Below, one piece after another: positions 49,701 to 59,678 of a DNA stretch of 64,000 nt. The DNA comes from Mobula hypostoma (Eukaryota). The stretch lies in the NCBI RefSeq assembly GCF_963921235.1, contig NC_086097.1, positions 202,618,001 to 202,682,000 on the forward strand, in the 5' to 3' direction. The translations under genes were made by a program, and so were the position numbers. A model generated the notes under the pieces. The model searched no databases. It was not told where the DNA came from and worked only from the letters and a program-made list of their open reading frames with translations. Within the stretch, counting starts at the first letter, position 1. The number at the start of each line of letters is the position of its first letter.

Positions 49701-52500
49701 CAGTGCTGAAAGTAGATCCACACCTTCTGCCCAGGATAGAGGATACCTTTGCAAACCTTTCTGGAGGGAAACACTTCACTAAAGTGGACTCAGCTGAAGC
49801 CTACCTGCAGGTGGAGATGGAAGGAGAGTCCAGAGTGGTTCTCACCACACTCACAAAGGGCTTTATCGCTATAGTAGGTTTATTTTTGTAGTAGCATCTG
49901 CACTCACACTCTTGCAGAAAGCTATGAACTTGGTGCTACAAGGTTGCCCAGGCACTCCATGTTACATGGATGACATCATTGTTACTGGTGAGGATAATGA
50001 GGAACATCTCCATCTGCAGAGAAAAATTACGCACAAATTGACAAAAAGACCTTGAATCTCATTTGGGGTGTAAAACATATCGACTAGTACTTGTGTGGGA
50101 GAGAGTTTATTCTCATTACTAGTGTCCATTTTCCAACCACAGAAGGGTGTTCCACTAACAGTAGCAGCAGGAATGCAGGGATAGCAAGTGAAATGTCCAT
50201 GACAATCACCCGTAGCTACACTGCGTGCTGCCTTCACGCACCAACTCTGATACCTTTAATGCCTTCCTGTCGTAAGCACTAAGTTCATCTCCTCTGCCAA
50301 CAAGCAGCTCAGTGATGTGGTAGCCCTGCAGTACCTGAAGTTCTTGTAGCCCAGCATTGTCTTGCAATAGTTAAAAAAGACATTGAAAAAAGATTTCCAT
50401 GATTAGTTGTCCTCTTGAATTTGATGTTCTAATAGTGTCCTCCAGAAAACAGAGCACTAGTAATGAGAATAAAATCTCTCCCACACAAGTACTAGTTGAT
50501 ACGTTTTACACCCCAAACGAGATTCAAGGTCTTTCTGTCAATTTGTGCGTAATTTTTCTCTGCAGTAGTAAGGGCTTGCTTGCTGATGCTGTCCAGGAGA
50601 GGAGATGCTGGACGTGGTGCAGCATGGTGTCCATGCTTGGTTGGGGGCTGGGATCTCCCGTCAGTGCTCTCCTCAGTGTTCGATTGGTGGAATAGCAAGT
50701 TGGATTGCTTGTGAGAGTTTGCAGACTGCTGGGATCTGCACCATCTACTTGCGGGACATGTCAACTTGTTTGACTGTGTGCTTGCTATCTTGAATGTGCT
50801 ATGTGCCTTGGGTTGTGTTGTGCTCTGTATGTTTTGCACCTTGGCCCCAGTGGAACACTGTTTCATTCAGCTGTGTTCATGTACAGTTGAATGATAATTA
50901 AACTTGAATTGAATTTGATTTGATTTGAAATGCTGATATTTTCCCATTTATCCTTGGACAGGGAATACCTGAAAAATTTTCAAAAGAGGACACTCCTCTT
51001 GACATATTCTCCCTAATGCAAATTGAAAGTCTCCCTATACGGAAGAGATGATCCAAAGGGAAACCAGAAAAGATCCTATACTGTCTCCCACCTGTATGGT
51101 AACTGAAAACAGATGGAATGTGCAGCAGAAATTCCAGTTCCTCATTCCTACCAGTGCTGGGAACAACTTGCCCTTAACGGGGCTCGCCTTATGTGGGGAT
51201 TGAGAGTTATTTTACCATCCAAGCTGAGAGCTAAGATGTTGGAGGAGCTACTTGCTAGGCGTGATCACAAAGAAAGCATTGGCCTGAAGCATTGCTTGGT
51301 GGCCTGGGATAGATCAACAGATTGAGCAGCTTACCATGTACTGTTTGGGATGCCAACAAGTCCAGAAGATGCCAGGAGCAGCACCTCTGCGTTCCTGGGA
51401 ATAGTCTGCATTGCTCTCCTGCACTGTTGATGTGTTGTGAAGCCCCTTCTCAAGGACAATAGACCACAGTTTGTTGCGCAACAGATTCTGAAAAATTAAT
51501 GGGATAAGACATATTACATCTGCACCGTACCACCCAGCTGGAAATAGCTTGGCGAAAAGGGTTTGTCCAGAGTCAAAAGAACACAATGCGAGCGATGTTA
51601 GCTGAACATGCTACACTGTTACCGAATCAGAAGCTAGCCAATTTCTCCCTGCATGTCACAATGCAGCACACTTCACAACCAACAACTCACCGACTATGCT
51701 GTAACACGGTCCTACCTTGCACTCAAGCTTGGACCTCCACAAATCAATCTCAGAAGGACTATGCAGGCCAAACAGCTGAGACAAATTGAGGGCTCTTCAA
51801 ACTTGAGGAAACTCGATGTTTCACTCCTGGACAAGCGGTCCTAGCGAAGGACTACAGAGCTGATCAAAAGTGGGTACTAAAGACAAAACTGATTCACTCT
51901 CCTACATAGTGGAGATTGAGTCTGATATCATCTGGAGATGACACATCGATCAGTTGAGGAGAGCAGAGTCAATCGTTAGAGAGGAAAGTTGGCTGCCGCT
52001 ATCAGAGCCACTTCCTGCAGTCTGAGAGTCAACTTGTACCACGGAGGAGGCCCCAGAACCTGTGATTGTTTCACACCCTCAAGTCTCACCTGCCAAGAAG
52101 AATGATTCCCCCTGACAGGAAGGATGTTATCGTACAAGAGTGAGAAATCATCCACAGTGATTAAATCTTTAGGCCTGAATGGGACAATTTAAAATTTACT
52201 ATGCTGCGGATGTCTATATAGTAGTTGAAATATATGTGTGTACAGTTGAGATACTTTCTATATTTAGTTGGATTTTTATAGCTAAGCAGGGAGGATATAT
52301 ATAGTTTGATTAGCATTCTTTGTTAGTTTACATAATACGTTCTGGATTGTACGTGAGATATACACACATGGCCTACTTCATTATGCTACCTTGTCATATG
52401 TGAGTGCCTCACTAAAAAGAGGAAAAACAAACTAAGTAGACAAATCTCCCAGCTCCTGTGTATTTCTTGCTATTAGTTTTTGGAGTTACAGAATATAGCA
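46756..52500 (+). mobile_element. Decayed Gypsy (Mag-like) LTR retrotransposon with both LTRs (46756-46995 and 52296-52500)
   Basis: The LTRs share tatgtgag.gcctcactaaaa...gtagacaaat...ccagctcctg. PBS-like gtggcaacaagg at 46996 and PPT aagcagggagga at 52284-52295. Gag ERFRFHKWNQ...LRDCLVCG, RT VRICGDFKVTINP...LPRIED and YMDD (~49963), integrase remnants at 51100-51800. Confidence 0.9.
47118..48335 (-). mobile_element. 5'-truncated CR1 inserted at the start of the Gypsy gag; same subfamily as 700-1890
   Basis: ORFs 47653-48147 and 47272-47643 are almost the same in protein sequence as ORF 784-1701. Confidence 0.95.
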
Positions 52501-52816
52501 GTTTTAAATTATGACAGGTATATCTAGGGCAAGTGCAAGCAGGCTTTTTCACTGAGATTAAGTGAGACTAGAACTACAGATCATATGTTAAGGTTGAAAG
52601 GTTGAAATATTTAAAAAGAACCTGAAGGGGAAGCTCTTCACTCAGAGGGGATGGTGGTGGATTGTGGAACGAGCTGCCAGACCTCTCAAGCACGTGACTT
52701 TTACCACTGAGAGGAATGGGTGTCAGCACCTGGGAACACGATCACCTGAGGGTACTTCCAGTCTTGAAATGGCTTTGAAATCTGCTGCTGTTCTTTTCAC
52801 GGTAAGCAGAAAACAG

Positions 52817-53030
52817 TGGGGCAGCACAGTAGTACAGCAATTGACCCAGGTTCAATTCCTTCTGTCTGGAAGAAGTTTGTATGTTCTCCTCTTGACCGTG
52901 TATTTCCTGTGGGCGCTCCAGTTTCCTCTCATATTCCAGACTTATGGGTCAGTAGGTTAATTGTTCACATGCGTGTAATTTGGCAGCATGGGCTAACTGG
53001 CTGTTACCACGCTGTATCTCTAAACAAAAA
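52817..53030 (+). mobile_element. V-SINE, decayed
   Basis: ggggcagcacagtag head followed by gtttgtatgttctcctcttgaccgtgtatttcctgtgggcgctccagtttcctctcatattcca. Confidence 0.75.
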
Positions 53031-53424
53031 ATGGTAGTTATGGGTTCAATTTCAACATTCATGCGAAGTTTGGGTAAGTACATAGATGGGAAGGGTATGG
53101 AGGGCTACGGTCCAGGTATGGGTCAATGGGACTAAGCAGTATAACAACTTGGCATGGACTAGATGGGCTGAAGTGCTTGTTTCTGTGCTGTAGTACTCTG
53201 GGAATCTATGACTCTAAAACATTTTCCTTTATAATTACAAACAGAGCACAGATCTGTATTTCAATGATGTATTTCCTTTACACTTGCCCAAATGGTTTTC
53301 TTAAGATACAGAGATCCCTTTGTTTAAAGTGTCATCACTGCCATGATTTGGAATGGGGCTAACAAGGTCTAGAGTAGCTTCTCATGACATAAGTGAATCT
53401 CAAGGTCGTATGTGGTGACATATA

Positions 53425-53967
53425 CACTCAGAGGCCACTTTATTAAAGTACACCTGTGCATGTGCTCATTAATGCAAATATCTAATCAGTCGGTCATGTG
53501 GCAGTAACTCAATGCATAAAAACATTCAGATATGGTCAAGAGGTTGAGTTGTTGTTCAGACCAAACATCAGAATGGGGAAGAAATGTGATCTAAGTGACT
53601 TCGACTGTGAAATGATTGTTGGTGCCAGATGGGGTGGTTTGAGCATCTCAGAAACTGCTGATCTCCTGGGATTTTCACACACAACAGTCCCTTGAGATGA
53701 CAGCCAGTGCTGTGTGTAAAAAAAAATCCAATGAGCAGCAGTTCTATGGGTGAAAATGCCTTGTTACTGAGAGAGGTCAGAGGAGAACGGCCAGACTGTT
53801 TCAAGCTGACAGGAAGGTGATAGTAACCCAACTAGCCATGCATTACAACAGTGATGTTCAGAAGTGTTACTCTGAACACACATTTCAGCAGAAGACCACG
53901 ACCATACATTCAGTGGTCACTTCATTTTGTGCAGGAGGTACCAAAAAAAGTGGCCTCTGAGTGAGTG
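53425..53967 (+). mobile_element. Non-autonomous Tc1-like element with TIRs and an N-terminal HTH remnant, inserted in a REX1 tail
   Basis: Perfect 17-bp TIR cactcagaggccacttt / aaagtggcctctgagtg with TA flanks. Encodes MGKKCDLSDFDCEMIVGARWGGLSISETADLLGFSHTTV. Confidence 0.9.
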
Positions 53968-54331
53968 TACGTACTTTGATAATAAATTTGAACTTTTGAA
54001 GTATTTCCTATGAATTTTATAAAGAAGGAAGAAAGGAAATAATTAAAATAAGAGCTAACATAACTGTAACTGTATAAACCACTGTTGGTCAGCTATATTA
54101 ATTTGTGCTATGATAAGCATGCGGCTGAGGATCTGGATTTTTGTAAACCATATGAAACGAAGAAACAAGACAAGTATGCATTCAGACCTCATCACCTAAT
54201 TACAAAAAGTTAACTTCAGATGAATTCCAGTCTGAACTGGCATCACAATTTTGAAACTGTTCACAAATTTTAAAATGGCCCTTAAGCCTTTAATTACTGT
54301 TCCTAAATATAATCTGTCTGTTGTCTTACAG

Positions 54332-54468
54332 AAGAAGAGCTTGCGATTGACTGGGACAGTTTCAGTGATGATGAAGATGTGACTTGTAACCAAATGGAGT
54401 GTTTAATGGACATCCATTGCACTGAATCAGATGCTTCAGTGAGCAGTCAAGCGAGCAACAGAGAATGT
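54332..54468 (+). CDS. SPIDR: SPIDR coding exon 5 (acidic region); the gene continues beyond the recognisable exons
   Basis: Bounded by cttacag|AA GAA...TGT|gtaagt; 137 nt, phase 1 to 0. Encodes EEELAIDWDSFSDDEDVTCNQMECLMDIHCTESDASVSSQASNREC, matching recalled human DELQFIDWEIDSD. Confidence 0.83.
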
Positions 54469-55254
54469 GTAAGTCAGGAATCTGAATACTTAAAGAGTGA
54501 ATCTGATCAATATTGTTCTTTATTTCTCTTTGAGGCATTGTAATAATTCCCTTTCATAGTGAAGATTAATGCAAGATTATGAATGAAACATCATATCATG
54601 CAGAAATTGATGTTCAATTTCAAGTTTATAATTAGAATTATTAGTGAATTAACTTATTTTACCAGTAAGAGTGGACCAATTTGCATTATTGTCATCATAA
54701 CTTTGTTCATAATTTTAAAGGCTAGCATAATAGTGATTTTACAGATTCACTGGAAAAAAGAACAATCTTAGGTGGATTTTTTAAAAGACGCCAATGCAAT
54801 CTCCATTTGGTAGGTCAGGCTCTAGATCAAGTGTTTGATAATATTTTTCTGAAATTATTCTGGTCTGTTGAATTAGATTTAACAAACTATTGTACCAGAT
54901 ATAAGATGAAAACTTTGGTTTGAACAAGAATGTCATTACAATTGTTCTGGTTCATATTTCAAGTATGCTTGCTTGAGCTGTTTGAACTTGCTTAGTTCAG
55001 GTTTTTAATTGGTATCTACTCTTCATTTTAACCAGTTTTAATCCTCTTTTGCAATCCCACTTTTGCCTTCAATTTGCTGTAATGTAAAGAGTGTAGGTTT
55101 TGTTTTGCTGGAGGAAATAAAATGCGAAGAATTACTTTTGAAAATGCCACCTCCATAATTGTACCATAAAGGGCACCTCTTCTGCTGATGGTTATGTATG
55201 CTTTTTTCATTACACCAGAAATTTATTGTAACAAATTTTAAATCAGAAAAAATA

Positions 55255-55543
55255 TTTATTTACTTATTGAGCTACAGCACAGAATGGGCCCTTCCAGGCC
55301 TTCGAGCCACGCCGCCCAGCAGTCCCCAGTTTAACCCTAGCCCAATCACACGACAATTTACAATGGCACAGTAACCTCCCAACCTGTACGTCTTTGGACT
55401 GTGGGAGGAACCCGGAGCACCCGGGGAAACCCACTCGGTCACGGGGAGAACGTAGAAACTCCTTACAGGCAGCAGTGGGAATTAAACCTGGGTTGCTTGT
55501 ATAGTAAAGTGTTGTGCTAACCACCATGCTACTATGCCGCCCC
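55255..55543 (-). mobile_element. Well-preserved V-SINE (HE1-like) with CR1-like tail
   Basis: Minus strand has the tRNA-like head gggcggcatagtagcatggtggttagc and the V-domain gttctccccgtgaccgagtgggtttccccgggtgctccgggttcctcccacagtccaaagacg. Confidence 0.88.
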
Positions 55544-56589
55544 AAAACTACTTTTTTCTATCTCTGGTCTAATTGTCCTGTGTTCTAATAGTTAAATCAA
55601 GAATGAAGATCTTCCTGCTTGTTTATAGTACAATATAAAACTTACCTAGTTTTCAGTGAATAGGACCTTATTTCCCATTAGTGCATGCTCCCAATTCAAT
55701 TTGAGTGATGCTGTTTATCTGGCCAGCTTGTACTATCTGAGGATTTATCCACAATACTTACAATAAAATAATCCTCATCTTACTTATTTCACCAAAACTG
55801 TGTTGTTATGGTTTGTATTTTTCTTTGGCATTATGTACCTATGATTAATTGAAAGAAAATAAAAACTCCATAACGAACCTTTTTAGAAGTGTGGAATTGT
55901 CTGATAAAATATCTTCTTTGCTGAGAATCAACAACTGGGAATCACAAGAGTGATGTTGGCAGGTGAGCTGCTGGGAGACTGCTATTTCATTGGAAGAAAT
56001 AGTGATTTCAGATAATTACTCTTGGGTCTGAATCATTGTACATTGTTGGTAGTCATGCTTATAATTTTCATTTAACTTCTTTGTACCAATTTTTTAAGTT
56101 CATAACTAAGTCTGTGGCCCATCAGAATATTTCTTCCTTGCTAACAGTAAAGATAAGGCAAATTTACTGGCACTGTCTTGAGATAGGGCATCAGTTGAAC
56201 AATGTGGCAACTAGAAATGATGGAAGATGGCTTTATGTTAGTTGGCAATGTCATTGACCGAAGTTCCAAAAATTACTTAATTGGAGGCAAGAGAAGTCAA
56301 TTATTACTCTCACTGTGAAGTTAATTGGATTATATTTTAAAACTATATGTGAAGATTTGTAAAATATATTAAAGTATACTCAAGTGATGTAATTTTGCAA
56401 CTTCTGTGTGATTAGGATGAATGCAAAATGTATAAAGCTACAATCCACAACACTTGCAATCCTGTCAATGGCCCTGCACTCAGCAAAATTACTGAATGAC
56501 ATTGAGTATTGACTTTCAGTATTTAGTATTGAGATAATGAAGAATTTGCTGCTGTATTTATTTAGGAGAATGGTAGATGTCTTATATGA

Positions 56590-56990
56590 CCCAAAGCCAT
56601 AGGAGCAGAATTATGCCATTTGGCTCATCAACTCTGCTCCGCCATTCAATCATGGCTGATCCTTTTATTCCCTCCTCAGCCCAACTTCCTATAACCTTTG
56701 ATATCATGTCCAATCAAGAACTATCAATCTCTTACCTTAAATACACACGGTGACCTGACCTCCACAGCTGCCTGTGATAATAAATTCCACAAATTCACCA
56801 CCCCTTTGGCTAAAGAAATTTCTCCACATCTCTGTTTTAAATGGATGCCCCTCTATCCTGAGTCTGTGCCCTCTTGTCCTAGACTCCCCGACCATGGGAA
56901 ACATCTTTCCACATCTACTCTGTCTAGGCCTTTCAACATTCAAAAGGTTTCAATGAGATCCCTCCTCAGCCTTCTAAATTCCAGCGAGTC
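56590..56990 (-). mobile_element. CR1 3' fragment, similar to the 3' end of 29845-31900
   Basis: ORF 56737-56943 reads MFPMVGESRTRGHRLRIEGHPFKTEMWRNFFSQR. Confidence 0.9.
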
Positions 56991-57635
56991 AGTGACTACA
57001 TTAAAATATTGCTAATATTATTGTAATTTTGAAATTGAAATATAAGTAATTTGAAATTTGTATAAAATGCTTTACCTTAAAGGTATGTTTGTATTCTCTG
57101 CAAGTTACCCTGACATGTGATTGGTAAATTGAGGCCTGAGCCAAAATGATTGATTGTTGTAGCTTTCGATATTTTTATTTTTATTTTTATCTGCTTTGTT
57201 TTTATGTTATTTGAGGTAGAATTTTATTAGCTCGGTCCTTAATAACTTAATTTCAGTTTGTTATCTCATTAATAGCTACTCTTTCCAGTGATATTGAATG
57301 TTCAAGAGTTGTGTTTGTGTGTGGTTGTGGAAGTGGTAGTGGGGACGTTGTCATCAGCCTTAATTTTACCTTGAACTGATGTTTACTGAAAGCATCTATT
57401 TTCAAGCCCATTCAAATTGAGTCTTGTTCTGTATTGACCCATTTTTAAAATTTTGATTGAAAGGGTTGTTGTGTTCCAAGAGATTGACATGTCAACTGAA
57501 ACCAGGAGTTACTGAATTAGATGTGGTAACCCTGAGAAATTTTTCCCCTATTAATCTAGCACCCCTTTTTGATAATTTAGTAAAACTATTGCAAGGCCAT
57601 ATTTGTTCAATCAAACAAGCCAAAGATTTACTTCT

Positions 57636-57740
57636 TCACATTCTGAGGAATGATCTTGGCACGAAATGTTGATTGTGTATTCTTCTCCATAGATGCTGTC
57701 TGACTGGCTGAGTTCCTCCAGTATTTTATGTGTGTTACTT
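57636..57740 (+). mobile_element. Second copy of the hammerhead-like short repeat
   Basis: CTGAGGA (57643-57649) and GAAA (57663-57666), followed by the same ccatagatgctg.ctgac..gctgagttcctccag.atttt.tgtg body as 34970-35066. Confidence 0.65.
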
Positions 57741-57875
57741 CAAATTTCCAAAATCTCTTGTGTTTAGCAATTATTTGCTCTTTTGCTTATTGTTCAACTA
57801 GCTGAACCAGTAGAGGTTTGCGTTGGTGTTTGTTTTGAATAATATTGCTGTCTAAAATATTTAGTCAACTTGAGG

Positions 57876-57959
57876 TGTTTTGTATTTAGTATTTCAGTAA
57901 TATTTGGACTCCCAAATCCTTTGAATTAGTTTAATGTTTTGAAGTTGCAAAACATAACA
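57876..57959 (+). mobile_element. Internally deleted solo LTR related to the 46756 Gypsy LTR
   Basis: TG...CA ends. The start tgtatttagtatttcagtaatatttg and the end agttgcaaaacataaca match the two ends of the LTR at 46756-46995. Confidence 0.65.
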
Positions 57960-59678
57960 AGAACACTTCACAACTGTTACAAAAAACATCAAAGTTACAA
58001 ACATTGGAAAGCTTGCAAAATGCTTTTACTGTGCACTGTATTATTTTGTCCACTTGGTGGCACAACAATTCAGTAAAGCTCTTTCAAAAGTAAAAGCCAA
58101 ATTTTGATGCTTTATTTAATTTGTGTAAATGCACCCTGGGAAAAACCATTATGGTTCAAGTTGTTAATGTTTCCTGTAACCTATATAATATAACATTTTT
58201 TCCTACTCCATGCTCTGCACAACAGAATCAGCACAATGATCAACTTGATAGAAGGCATTAAATGAAAGATTTATCCGCAACCTAACCCATGGCAATCATC
58301 CATACATGGTGACAGATCACCTTGCCCCCTCCCTTCACTCATTGTTCTCTAGCCAGCCAAACAGAATGGCAAAGGCAAAAAAAAATTCACCACACCTTTG
58401 TAAATACATTCAAACATTTGGATTGATATGATAAAATTATGTTAAAGCTAACAATTTTCTTGATAAATTCACATATTTCAATCTGCTTATCACATAACAT
58501 TCTAACTGAAATAAATTATTTTACTAAGTTGATTTTTTGTACTTGCCATATGTAGAATGGTTTGCCAAAATAATTTGATGAGCTAGACTGATAACGTTTG
58601 TCAACACTCAAGATGATTAAGTTGTGGGTGAGTGACTATTTGTCACTTCTTTTCTCTCACCCTCTGTGTCTCAGTTAATTATCCTACAAAATATGTAGCA
58701 AGGCTTCGTATTCCCATGGTACACTACAAATTATTGGATAATCAATACTTCAGAATTTGGTTTGTAGGGATTTTCTTTTACTCTCAGAAATCAGACAACC
58801 TATTGATAAATTTATTTCAGTGCAATATCTGATAGAGGTTTGGGTCTTAATTTTTGATTGAAAAATTGGAAGGCTGGTTATTCTTTCATACCATGCACAT
58901 TTATTTGTACAATAATTTGAACTTGAACTTTTTGTTTTTAATGTTATTTCCATTAGGGGGCATTATAGTTCCACAAGTTGAAATTGTATTTCCATTGCTA
59001 TAGGCAGAACAACTCTGGTTTGTTCTAGAAACTTGGCCAGACGTTTTCTTCAGTTCATTTGGAAGTGAATAAGGGGATGATTTCAGAATAGTTAATGAAA
59101 ATTTTAATGAGCATCAGCTCTACACTACACTAGACTAGTGAATACTAGATGATGACATTGGGTGTTTGAGTACTAGAAACTCCAATCTTCATGAAAATGC
59201 CTTTTATTGATGAGCTGAAATAAGTTGTTCGTAATTATGAAGCAAAGCAGGGTCATATGATTTGACGGGTGTTGTTGAATATTGTTAGTGGGATAATACT
59301 GAAAATTTCATTTTTTTTAAAGCAATAATCCCACTGCGATCATGGGCACTACATTTTGAATGAGATACTAGTAAGCAATACTGATTGACAACCAACTTTC
59401 TATAGAGATGCTTTATGTAAAAGTTGAGTGAGTACTCAAATATACTATTGGTATAGGCATTATACCTGTCTCTGTATGGTTTAACTTTGTTAAATTCATT
59501 ACTGATTATTTTTAAGTTTGGCTGTTTCTTTGTACAAGAGGGGAGTGTTCTCGGCATGGTGATATGACAAGGAAGTGGACTTTGAACTGTTCTGAAGTGA
59601 CTCATGTGCAAAGTCGATCCCTGTCAGTGAAACCAACAATGTTGGCAACATTCATAACTTCATCTAAAGAAAATTATC

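Larger units (their letters stand above)
45500..53215 (+). mobile_element. Old CR1 RT/3' fragment split by nested insertions (pieces ~45500-46205, 46666-46755, 52501-52680, 53030-53215)
   Basis: Collinear CR1 motifs (YMDFSEAFD, KSADDTK, RPNLESCVQF, 3'UTR) resume after each insertion. Confidence 0.75.

Noticed and set aside
57457..57672. ORF ending ILRNDLGTKC, resembling recalled human SPIDR ILQMNDLGTRC
   Set aside because: The matching codons are the hammerhead-like repeat itself, the position is far too early in the gene, and an in-frame stop follows; treated as coincidence.
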